The notes below the pieces were generated by a model. It did no database searches, was not told the origin of the DNA, and saw only the letters and a program-made list of their open reading frames with translations. DNA of 64,000 nt, from contig CM120643.1 in the NCBI GenBank assembly GCA_051362555.1, positions 13,800,644 to 13,864,643 on the forward strand, read 5' to 3'. This document shows positions 11,591 to 24,175 of this stretch, piece by piece; positions within the stretch are counted from its first letter, which is position 1, and each line of letters begins with the position of its first letter. This DNA is from Lingula anatina. Its lineage: Eukaryota > Animalia > Brachiopoda. A program made the position numbers and the translations under genes.

Positions 11591-14500
11591 ATGGCATACC
11601 AAGGTTGGTTCGTCCTAATTGCGACAATTCCGGCTTCCCTGGTTTGTGCAACTTTTGCATCATGGTCAGAGTTTTTTGCGGTGTTAAGTCAACCCGATTC
11701 CGGGATCTATGGCTCGGTGACTCTACTAGGTAAGTTGTATTGGCAGTGGACGGGTAAAAAGTTTGTAAGAACATGTGGAAATAGAGGTTCATAAAACTAA
11801 CATTCCAGGTTCAAGAAAACATGCACATGTACGTACAAAACGTTGCTTTTAGATTTTTTGTAGAAGAATAGTTCACGCCTTATCTCTACTCTCCTCCACC
11901 GGGATAAGTTTTTCGTGGAATATTTACTGATATTTATCTAGTTTTTTCTGCACACATTTCTTTCTGTGATCCTGTATGAGAGGAATAAAGACTACATGAA
12001 ACACAGTTTAATCTGTTGTGTGTATTCAAGCCGCTGTTTTCTCAAAAATTAGTAACCAACCCAGGTTACACAAACTCTCTTTATTTCAGTTGGTGACTTT
12101 TACGTACCCAACAAGGCATTGTCTCTCTGTCAGAAAAAAAAAAACACAAATGACTTCATCACACAGCTGGCCTCTGGTAGACATTTTCTTAATTGTCACT
12201 GTCAAAGATATAAATAGATAAATAAATATATATAACGAGCGAAACTAGGCAAAAGAATACTCTTCCCCTGTGACCTGAACATTATTGTAAAATTAACATC
12301 TATTGTATTCTATTTGCTGAACGAAGCGAGACACATTTTCCTTCCCCCCTTGGCAAAGTCTTGGTTCCGCCACTGATCAAATGCACAGATTTTAAATATG
12401 ACACCAATCATGACACCTTATCATAATTATACCAGTCACCCAAAACCGTGTTAACAGCCATTAGCCACCCTCGGACCCAGGTTTAATGTTTTTAAAACTC
12501 CCCAAGCGTAGCGAGGCAAATATAGAATGACAGAAAAAGGGAAGTGTTACTTTTATGTGCAGATCACAGGATTGTAAATTGTCTAGTTTTTGTCTAGTTT
12601 GGGTTGAGATGAAGCCAACAGTGTATCCTATGTACACTGTATAGTGTAAATGATTTGTTATTGTGCTCATACGATGGAATGCTAAACCCTACTGTGCCAA
12701 AGACACCCTTCCATAAGTATCATAGGCACGCACACAGAAGTTCATATTGTTCAAATGCCCCTGTAGAGCCGCTTTTTGCAACCGACCGCATTTTACAACC
12801 GGTTGCAAAATACGTTCAGTTGCAAAATGCGGTCCTACTAAGTACAGCCGCATTTTGCAACTGAACGCATTTTGCAACCAAAGAAAATCGTGAAAACGCA
12901 TTTTGCAACTGCAACGCATTTTGCAACCAGGATTCTTTTCTAAGAGCCTAAAACAGTTTGAAGTACTAAACAGGTAGAATTAGAGTGGGGACGGGTTTGC
13001 CTCGACTAAATGCGGCTCTACACCCCCAATATGATACGAACACGAAACAGTCACAAGTAGGCCTAATCCTCATGACTTCAACCTAACCAGAAGTTAAGAC
13101 ATTGACCAAATTTGTAGCCAAATGTTATAGAGAAAAGCAGGACTTCTTAGTACAATTTAACACAATAGCCCAAAATACGTATGGCATGTCTATGTGGAGA
13201 AACATTTAATGGATGTGGTAGTATCATGTAAAATATTATACCCTGGCAGAATTAAGGTTGGCAGAATTTGTTCCAATTGCGTAAACGTCTTCATAATCAT
13301 ATGAATTAGTCTTTATTATATGTATTAGTGTTCGTGTAAAATACATGTAATCCTTAATTTGATATTGTACTGTTCGTACGGTAGTTACAGAATATAATAG
13401 TACAGTGCAGCTTAAAGTCATATTAAAATGTACTAGTACCGAAAAAAATGGTAAATTAGTAAGAAAGAAACATATTAAGACATTATATGTAGGTTTAATA
13501 AATGATAATCAGGATGCATTATTTTTATGAAAATTTCAGGCTTTGTTCAGTCAGTTTACGTCCTGAGTGTTTTCGTGCCCAGTCCATTTACAAAGATGGC
13601 CGCCAAACACCTCAATATACGCCTGTCTTTTATGACCGGATTGGCAATCTCGTTCTTGGGCCTGGTGCTGAGTTCCATCGCCCCGGATATTACATTTCTG
13701 ACAATATCGCGCGGAGTTTTTGTTGGTTTTGGCGTCAACTTCACCTTGGTTCCCATATCATTTCTTATAGCTGAGTGGTTTCCATGGGAACATCGTTTCC
13801 ACGTTTTGGCAACAAGTTTTCGGATGACGATTAATCCTATAGGTAAGGGCAGCTTTTCGTTATGTCTATTTCTTTAGTTGATTTTGCATATTCAACAACT
13901 GCTACCTGGAAAACACATTTACTTGCAATTTTAATTCTCTATTAGGGCTTCAATCATAAGACATAAAACGATCCCCTAATTACGATGTTTTACCACACTA
14001 AGGTATTAATTCGCCTCTTTAACGATAAAATCAGAAGTAACCCTTTTAAGAAGATTGCTTTACACGCGATTGTAGCACTTATTGTTCTGATTAAGTAGGC
14101 TTTTAAATGGTGCTGATAGCTTATCAGGTGAGGGAGATCGGCTTGAAATAGAAAACACAATTTTCACAACAAAAACGCTGTCATTACGTCATCAGTCCGA
14201 ATAAACATATTCGCGTCGAGGTATTTTCGATGTAACAGCAATATCTCATAACATGACGATGTTGATTTCATTCTTATGATCTTTTCTGCATTATCTAAGC
14301 GGATAGGAAAATAGACACTAACATATCGAACCACCTTAACGTGTTTCAAAGGTCCATTGAAAAACGGCCATCTTCTGTTCAATTTCCAGGGAGCGTAGCT
14401 GGCGCCAATCTTATCAGATGGATTAATGATCTTCTCGGCTGGAGGTATTCTTTTGGTGTTCTCGCCATTCTTGCAGTCTGTACTGCTTTTGGTTTGGTGC

Positions 14501-16192
14501 TGTTTCTTCGCCACCCAGAAGAACACGACAAAGATAAGGCACATTCTGAAGCACTCGAACAAAGTAAAATTCCATGGAGCAGGGCATCTAAAATGATTAT
14601 ATTTGTTCTTTGGGTGACTATATCATCTTGCAAAGCAGTTGGTCAAGCAGTATTTTACACCATTGTGGTAGGTTATAGGATATGTAACATTAACATGCAA
14701 TGAACTATCAGAAAAATAATTCTATAAATCTTATATAAATAATTAATGATATTAATGTTATAGGTACAAGTCATTCAAGTCATTCAATCATTCAAGTCAT
14801 TCAAATGTACCATATATGTGCTCTATGATAGGTGGGTCAAGATGTTTAAACATTAACACTATAAAAATGTGTTTTAGGTAAAATATGGAGAGGACCTGGG
14901 TTTTGATGCTCTTACTGCCACTCATCCCTTGACAGCAGATGGGATAACAGGATCTATATCTAGAGGGCTCACCTCTTTCCTTGGAGACTATATAAAGGGG
15001 AACATTCTGCATATGTATGCCGTTTGTGCCACCATGTTGTCAATGGCCAATGTTTTGGTGCCGTATGTTAAATCGCCCGTTGAATTGATAATATTTGGCG
15101 CAGGTATAAAAAAATTTGAAAACGGTATTTTTTTTGTATCTTGTAACGTAAGATTCACTTGACTCTATTTTATTAAAGACAGAACGATGTTTTTCTTATT
15201 TGTAGACTGCTATTGTAATATCTTATATTCTCTCTGATATTTGTTTTAGTATTTGATTTCGAATCATGATTTTATATCACAGTAATAGGAGCCGGACAGG
15301 GTCCTATCTTGGCCGCGTGGTATGCCGCGTGCAGTGAAGCCCTGGGCGGGGAAAGTGTTCACACGCTTTTTGTCCTCCAACTTGTAAGCTGGGGAATAGG
15401 GCAATCCATTGGAAGTATTTTACCAGGTAATATCCATCATCTCCTTATTTAGTTATGATCACTGTTCCTCAAAATCCATTGTGACATTCATACAGAGAAA
15501 AAATTAAAATGTCATTCACAGTGGATTGCTATTACCAAGAACCCACACTTCCATTCATTTTGTATTGGCATTAAATTCATTTTGTATTGGCGTTAAAAAT
15601 ACAAACTTAGTTTGTGTATTAACAGTTAAAATATGAACCCATTCAGAACAGCGGACTAACAGATTCGCGGATCAAATATGGCAACTCACTTTAAAGCTTG
15701 CCGCTTAATGCTCGATTTGACACTGAATAGATTCCCCGCGGGTATTACGCAACAAGCGTTTAAGTGCGTAGGCCATATTTGACCCGCAGATCTGTTAGTC
15801 CGTTGTTTGTTAAACCGGTCCAGGCCTTTCCTTTCGTTAAACCGAAGTTTCCAGTCGTAGCACAAAGTTACATTTACAATGATGATTATTTTTTATTCCT
15901 TTCAGGGCTTATTCTAGATTTTACGAAGAGTTATACCTTGCTGTTTCATGTATTGGCAGTGTCCTATGGCTTCATTGTATTTGGGTTTATTTGTATAATA
16001 CTGCTCAATCGACGACATGCTTCTGTCAACAATGTATCCATTCGTTCTTCCAACATGGCGTTAGGAAAAATCGGCTCAGCCTCTAAAACTGCTGAAGATA
16101 TGTCAATGTCTGAATATCGATTGATACTTGAATCATATCCAAAATATGATTACGTTGAAGAGAGGGTCCAGCCATCTCAGGATGAACGATGA
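11591..16192 (+). CDS. Monocarboxylate-transporter-like MFS permease (SLC16 family), copy 1; 6 exons, 458 aa
   Basis: Exons 11591-11729, 13540-13842, 14390-14667, 14878-15103, 15283-15426, 15906-16192 (1377 nt, in frame). Motifs GWFVLIA, GVFVGFG..IAEWF, LLGWRYSF, GLILDFTKSY; multiple hydrophobic segments. Confidence 0.87.
12761..13024. mobile_element. MITE family C (GTGTAGAGCCGCATTT termini, internal gcattttgcaac repeats); copy 25889-26151
   Basis: gtagagccgc ... gcggctctac inverted termini. Confidence 0.75.
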
Positions 16193-16650
16193 AAGGCAAT
16201 TGACAGGGGACCCGAGTTCGGCAAATCTCGGATGATTCCGTACGTCACTTCCACGTTTGTGGTAAAATCATGTAAAATCATCAACCCCCCCCCCCGAATT
16301 TTTTTGGCCTTGACATGTTTCATACCTTTACCTACGTGGAGTATTTGGCGAATTTCTCGTATTATTACATGTTTTCCCTTGGACCATGTACCTGTATTTT
16401 GTAGATGAAGGTATAATCAATGATGCCACTTAAACAGTACTGTGCTGGACCAACAATATTATATACTTCATTACCCGACAGACACCGACATATTGTCGCC
16501 AAATATGGTCGTTAACACACTTTACGTAGTGCTGATGCTTGTTTATTGACTTTTAAGTTAATTAAAATAAACCTGGTATATTAACGAAAGTCGGCGTTCC
16601 TGGTCTTATTACCCGTGTACACGTATTTTCGTTCTTCCCATTAATTTCAG

Positions 16651-17799
16651 GAGTTTTATAAATTTATAAAAGGATTTCCGAGAGCCTTGAAAGGAATCAA
16701 CCTTACAGACGCTATCTATCTGGACACTGCTGTCTTAGGCCCCAAGTTCCTAGCTTCAGAATACACATTCCCGGAGAAAACGGACTTCGAAAGAAGTGCA
16801 AATGCGTTGAAAGTAAATATTGTGACATAAACCAACTTTTGTTAACTCAAAGATAACGAAATCCAGGCTATGAGGGTGTAAATCCCAATATTTGCACGTG
16901 TTTTTTTAACTGGTACTCACTGTACCAAGTTCTGTTTTTGCAATGGCAAATTTCTATTTTTTCTTTAATTATAAATTATTTCCCACGGTGAGGGCCTATC
17001 TAGCTTGAATCCAGATAAAATTACTGGCCTTTGCGCGTTTTAATTTTAATTAATTTAAAAAGCAGTTTTACATAAAACCAATGTTTCTCACCATAGGAAT
17101 TCTCAAGATTCATGAACGAGAAATCCCACACAGAGGGAATTCTGCCGTTTACTAGATTTGTAGCAAGATGGGTGAAAGGCACCGATTGTTTTCTGTGTCC
17201 AACGTCCAATCCAACCAGTCTGAAAGTTGCTGGCGACGCGGGTCATTTTACCACGTTAGGAATGGATGGGGTAATTGACACACTGCAGGAAGGCCCCGGC
17301 TTTTCGTATACCATGCATAAGGTACATTTATCTCTCTTCTCTCTCTCTCTCTCGTTTACTCTGTATTATATAAAATCTCTCCTTTTCAGTGTCATTTGTT
17401 TACTTCGAGTTTCCGTGTTTTTTGTGTGCGATTGCTATGTAATAATGTGTGCTTTTTATCAAAAAATTTGAATCACTTTCATAGTCGACTATGAGGTAAA
17501 TAGCAGAGGCGCATTTCCGATTAACTGAATTTTAATTACACAACGTTCAAGTTGGAACACTAGTGTATTGTGCTTTCTTCTTCTTTCAGCTGGTTGGAGC
17601 ATGGGACAACTTGGGTCTTGAAGGAACTCTTCACTGGGGTAAAATTACCGAAGTGACAAACTTTAAGGAGAAAATCAAAACTTACTTCAGACACGACCTG
17701 GGATTCTTTGAAAATATCCGCAGGAAAATCGATCCGCACGGCGTGTTCATGAATGATTACCTTAGTTACCTCTATGACGCCTTTAATAATGTTAACTGA
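16651..17799 (+). pseudogene. 5'-truncated duplicate of the oxidase (last three exons only)
   Basis: Exons 16651-16812, 17097-17321, 17590-17799 are near-identical to 5618-6768; no upstream exons (the junction lies ~90 bp after the MCT copy 1 stop). Confidence 0.85.
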
Positions 17800-20700
17800 T
17801 ATTATGATAACATTGAAAAATATTATTAATGCTAGCAAACTTGTCGGAATGAAGGCCCATCACGATGTTCACAGCGGGTTCAGATAAACCGAATTCCGAG
17901 AGAATGGACTCATATGTAACTTCATAACCTGCTTCTTGTTTCACGAGTGGCTGTTGTGGAAGAAGAGCTAAATTCTATGATCCAAGGATTAAAATAAGTG
18001 ATATACATTGTACAGTAGTCGTTGTCAAACAATACACACCAGCACAATTAAGGCACTGTCTCCCCTGCTTTTTATTAGTCCTTGACATGTCGCCATAATG
18101 ATTGTCTTTGGGTTAAATGAAAGAAAAGGGAAGAAAAATTCCTCGCTTCAGCCTTAAGCCCTGCGCCTCTGTGGCTCCCAAGTCCAAAAACTCAATGCTG
18201 GAATTACATTGTAGGTCTCTATCAAAAATGAAGGGCGAAGCGACATTACAGTTCACATACCCAAAAGGTCACACGAAAACATAAAAGCAATTTGTGTCTG
18301 AATTAAAAAAAAGATTCACTGATGACTGGCTAGTCTTGCAATTAATCACTGCAATGGGCCATATAAATGGAAATTTGTAATTTTGGGGAACTATCCATGT
18401 ACAGAAGAGGACGGGGCACATGTACATTCTATGATAAACAAACAAACAAACAAAAAAAAAACAGCAAGTGTGAGACAGACATATTAATCACATTTCTGAA
18501 GAGACTGCAGGTGAAGCCCCAAAATGTGATGAATGGGAATTCCTGGGTGTTTGGTATTTTCACTGCCTTCTCTTAAAGGCATCGGACCCAGCAACGGAAG
18601 ATTTGTTATTGGTGTATCTGAGTCGAGAGACTTTGTGCTATTTAGTGACTTTAATCATAGAAATAGAAAGATGTTTTTCTGGTTCTATGCTTTAATTAAT
18701 GGTAACCAGAATCTAGTGTCTATTTTGTAAAATTATTCAAGCAATCAGAAACTAGAATCCTTTATGCAGGAGGGGGGAAAGGGAGAGGGGTGGTCGAAAT
18801 AAATGTTGATATAAACGTTTTAGGCAAAGAATTCGAGATCAAATTCTCTAACTAATCACGATAAAGGCCTAAAGGTTACCGTGTTCGAGGCCATACAAAA
18901 ATGACTTAAGTTAAAAATTAAAAATGTTCTAAAAATAAATGTGGCAGCGTAATAAACTGTGAATGAATTAATATATATTTGTCAAGTCGGATTTTTGAAA
19001 AGGTATATGGCACTTTGTAACAGCCGATGAGTTACCGTTATCAAAATCAGATCACTTGAGGTCACTGACATCTTTCCTGTACTCTTATAACAAGTCATTT
19101 TGAAATTATGGCGTAGCGATAGTACTTTCCTCCAGATTACATATCATAATATCCCTCGCAGAAGATAATGCCTCATAAATATTAATGAGTGGTGTCAATG
19201 GCCGGGAATGCGAAAAATATCTCTTGAAAGTGTCGAGCAAGATGTCTCTTAACCTCTGGGACAACCGTCATTAAAAAATGCCAGTGGACAACATGTTTTA
19301 TTCTCGAAAACTTTGTCATCACTCAATAAGTACTATCTCTTCTCTATTTGACCAATGTTGTGTACGTAAACTAGTTACGATCCTTTTCTTCCTTTTATTT
19401 TCTTTCTTTCTGTACTTAATTATTTCTGGGAACTTTTGTGCTCCATACTGAAATCTTTGAAGTTATACATTTATTCTGTTGTATATACGTATCCATTTGT
19501 TTTATTTATTTACTTATTTAATTTTGTGGAGAGCATTTAATGCTTTTAGCGCTTTGCCTCCATTTCTTTCGAATAAACGTTGTTAAAAAAACATGTTTTA
19601 TTCAGAAACGTGCTGGTACGAATGCACATGTACAGGTAGATGTCACTCACGACACAGATTTAATCTGTTATTCAGGTTGTGACCCCTCAACGAAAATAAA
19701 ACACTGAAATGTCCAGAATCAATGATTCGCACTGTGAATAATATGGTGTATTTACATATGTTATCATGTGTCATTTTCCTTTTCCCAATATTTCAAGGTG
19801 GAATGTCTGGGGATGGTGAGTAAAACACGTTTTTTTGTCTTGCTGGGGTAGTAACATCTGCCTTCCAAGCGACACCGACAATTTATGTATTCAAACATGC
19901 GCCCAAGAGTTATCCAATAAAACAACATTCGCTAAACTGCAATAAAATGACTTAGCTGTAGAAGGGTCAGACATCAAACGTCAATTGTCATATTCTAACA
20001 CAAGTCTTAGATTTTGGAGCACAAATGCACAGCTTAACGACTCTAGCCACGAATAAACTATCCCATCGTAGAATACCTTCTCACAACCTCGACATTTCAT
20101 TACACAAACAATTTGGCCAGCTTCCATCCGGGTCTCTGGCTGTATACGTATAGGTCCCCTATTCCCTCTACCAGGGTGACAGGTATTATAGGGAAATTTT
20201 GAAAAAAGCAGAGAATGAAATGACTATTTATCTAAAGACATACCTGTGAATATCTTATGAAAAAAATCTGTTGGCCTGGTAGAGGGCAGAGAATGAAATG
20301 ACTGCCTATTTATCTAAAGACATATTTGTGAATATCTTGCGAAAAATCAATCTGTCGCCCTGGTAGGGGGTAGGCCCTCTACGGGTTATTTTTGTACGGC
20401 AGCAATGCGTTCTCGACAATCGGAGCGTACCGAACGGGCCGATAAGCTGATAAACGGTTTGTGTAATGAAACGCTGTGCTTGTGGTAAGTAATATTAATT
20501 TTTACGTTGGAGTAGTTAATTCGTGGCAGGAGTCGTTGATATGTGCAATAGTGTTCACAAACTTGAGGCTCCAGTTAGAAAACACTCAATTCGTTTTATA
20601 AGGCCCGAGGATTGCTCGTCGCATTGTAGAGTACCTGGGCCCGTAATGCCCCTATTTCACACAGACCACGAATCCCACGAATCGCAAGGAATTGACAAAT

Positions 20701-22769
20701 TTCAGGAACTTGAAAGCATCGCGCATTGCGACCGAGCGCAAGCGTCTCGATTCCATAACTCGCCTATACTCGCCCCATATAATACATTGTAGCATCTGTG
20801 TGATAACGCTATTCGCTCGATGCTTTCGAGTTACGGAGCCCGTGTTTGAACCATATATGTTTGTAAAGATTTCCACACCAGAGATTACTGAATAGGCTGA
20901 AACTACTGCGCATGAGGTGAAATCAAAGAACTGTTCAGTTCTGTTCAGTTCGAAATCCTATAGCTATAGCTTATTTTTCTTTTTTTTGGTTTGCGATTAT
21001 GTGCCTATTGTCAGAGACATGGGTCAACGGATTTCTTTGAGTAGTTGGCCGATTCAGCGTGCATCTAATTCAAGGTCCCAGCATTCCTTTTCTTTTGATA
21101 CCGGTCGCACCAGAGGCGGGTCCGGAGATACTATCTGACACAGTGACAGTCTTCCAAATTATCTTTGTTGACCCATCCTCCATTTTTGACTGTCTTCCGA
21201 CAGAAAAAATTAAATACCCGTGAGTGTTAACTTGAAAATCTGACCGTCTTCCTGAAGACTCAGAAGACGGCCTCAACCCGCCCCTGCGTACGGTATGGAT
21301 GACTGAAATCGTAGGCCCCAGTCGACACTAACGGTCTACGTAGATCGATCCGACTCTGCGGGGTCTCTCGCTGAGTGCAATCAGCTTAACTGAATGACAC
21401 GCCTCCTCCCGGCGTTGAGCCGAATACAAAAAGTTGGTGATTATAGGAGTACGCTGGAAACAAGAGGGTACGTGTCATTCAGTGTTAAAAGCTGATTGAC
21501 CTCAGCGAGAGTCCCCGCACAGTTGGAACTATCTACCTATGCAGTGTATGGGTATGGGGTCTTTGATGAGTATAAGCACCTGACACAAATCGATCGCCGA
21601 CACACCACCACCAACCATTTTTATCAAGACAAAGTGAACTTAAGCAAGACAAAGTGACCTTTAGCAAGACAAAGTGACCTTTTCCATAAGGGCAGAAAGC
21701 ACCCTGGGCTTGCTACTTTACATTTGTAGATGGTGTCAACTGAATGTTCATGCATTACAGAGATAATGAGCTGTATTCAAATCCAGAATTATCGTTGCAA
21801 ACTATAATTACTTTCATAACCAAGTACTTGCTGGCAATATATCCGGGGAGTCTCCCCTCTGAACTTAATCTGACATCTGGGCACCAGACTTCATGGTTGC
21901 ACAGGCACACATCAAAGGGTGAGCATTACATCACATTGTCCAATGGCAGGTCACTACTGGTCCACGAGGGTAAGTAACCACAACTTTTACTGTCTTACAA
22001 TCAGACAGCCTTTGCCACCCAGTAGGACAGCACGGAAAGAAGACTAGTAAGGACTATACAACAATACCTGCTTAAGAAAGCATCAGGGGCTTAGACACAA
22101 GACCCCCAAAACAAGGTAAGGCATTCTTTCACTTTTTATGTACAGACACACAAGTTCGAAAATCGGCATGATCGGGCCACTATTTTACTAGTTATGCTGT
22201 TTTTTACTCTTTTCAGCATATATGCAACACTGTAAACACAATATAAGAAAAACAGATGGGCCAATTGTCATGAAAGTCACAGGAGTGGTCAATTTTACTA
22301 GAATGCAAGTTGAGTTCGTAAATCAGCATAATCGTGCCATTATTGTAGAAGGTATGCTGTTTTTTCACATTTCCTCAGATTCAGTTTTTAGGCATGTTAA
22401 CAGTCTCATTATTAAACTAATAAGATACGTGAAAGTGTTTGTTTGACATTTCCTGCATCTTTACAACATTGTTAGTTGATTTTGTAAAAATGATGGTAAA
22501 TATGTTATCGTGTATTGTGTAATAAAGTTTCAAAAATGGAAATAAACTAATATCATTGCAATTTGTCAGATTCAATCATTCACTATGTTCAGAATCTCAG
22601 AATGGAAGAAATTGGACATTTAACACTGCTCTATTGATACTTTTCTCATCTCATCAATTTTCTTAGTTGATCATATAAAAATGGCAGTAAACTGTTAATT
22701 TTGTTTTATGTTAAAAATTGTTAAAAATGGGGAAAAAAACATTTCAGAACAGTGCTGTCTTGTTTACAT

Positions 22770-23475
22770 TTTGGCATTTTCAAGTTGTGACTTTGAAGTT
22801 CCATGGGCCTGAAGACCTTTGCTAGTCACATTTTCTGAATATCCATGATACTAATATTTTATTATTAAAAATAGATGGTCATTATGCTGTTAAACATTAT
22901 GTAATATTGCATCAAAATTTGAAAAAAACCTTTTTTGGGCACTGCTCCCATGATTACCTTTTAAGAAAAACCATATCACTTACTGTTCTCAAACTTACAG
23001 GAAAGAAACATGGGACTAAAATACAGCTTCAGTAGGCAATGCAGTCTGTTTGGTAAATTTTTCTGCCAGTTAAACAGTTTTTTTGTGAAAATTTAATTCT
23101 TCACATATTGGCATTTTCAAGGTGTGACTTTGAAGTTCCACAGGCTTGAAGACCCAGGCTAGTCACATTTTCTGAAAATCCATGATACATATATTTTGTT
23201 ATTAAAAATTGATTGTCATTATGCTGTTAACCATTATGTAATATTGCATCAGAATAGAAGAAAACACAATTTTGGGTGCTGCTGCCATGATGACCATTAT
23301 GGGAAAACCATGTTACTTATGATTGCCAAACTTTCAAAAAAGAAATACAGGACTAAAATGCAGCCTGAGTTGGAAAAGCAGTCTAATTGACTTTTTTTTC
23401 TGGAAGTTTTACATTTTCAAAGTGTGAACTTGAACTCCCATGGGCCTGAAGCCTTATGCTTGTTTCACATTTTAC
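22770..23475. repeat. Degenerate ~300-340 bp tandem repeat inside a ~2.4 kb insertion unique to duplication copy 2
   Basis: Unit start ttggcattttcaa.gtgtgactttgaagttcca recurs at ~22771, ~23109, ~23411. Confidence 0.6.
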
Positions 23476-24175
23476 TTACATTGGTATTACCTGTTGAGCA
23501 TAATTAAAATTTGATGTTGAATTTGCAGTTTAACATAATGTACTTTTGCATCGGAATTGACAGTAGCCTATTTTGATATTTCCTGCTTTTTGTCTGTACA
23601 TTTGACAGCTTTGCTGCCTTGTTATTATCCTTATCTGTTCGGCTCGCTGTAATTGGGAGTAAAATTATACTTATTACATGTATCATTAACTCAAAAACAG
23701 CTATCTGATTTTCAGTACAAGACGGTGGCATTATTAGCGGTACAAATGATATTTACCAGTCTCCAAATTGAGAAACCTAGAGCTAAAACGGATTTATAAC
23801 TTGCCAACGCGTTTGGAGATGGTGTACCTTGGCGATTAAGGGAAAATTACAAAACCCTCCAGAATTTTGTAGCTGTTGTTATGTAATGGTATATTTAGTG
23901 CTGGTTGACTTAAAGCTTACCTTGACACAACCACGACACCGCTGTGAGCCGCCGTGTTGGGGACCTATTTGACGTTCACTACACATGCTGACAAGATACG
24001 GTTTGCAAGAAGAAACGCACGAAAGATTTACAGAAAACAGAAAAAGTCGGCCTGGCGTGTAAAATACCAACTTCACTGACTAATTGTGCTGTGAAATACG
24101 CAGGATATCATCTCGGCCTTTTGCTTTTTATTGAGGAAAAGCAACGAAGGAACAGAGGCGAAGCGATTTATAAAG

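Larger units (their letters stand above)
5219..16281 (+). repeat. Tandem segmental duplication, copy 1 (3' half of oxidase + MCT gene)
   Basis: Sequence from the poly-C at 5221 onward is repeated with high identity from 16282. Confidence 0.93.

Noticed and set aside
12-16192. Oxidase + transporter as an ascorbate synthesis/export cluster
   Set aside because: The transporter is SLC16-like rather than SLC23 (SVCT), and the oxidase substrate is uncertain; adjacency alone is insufficient.
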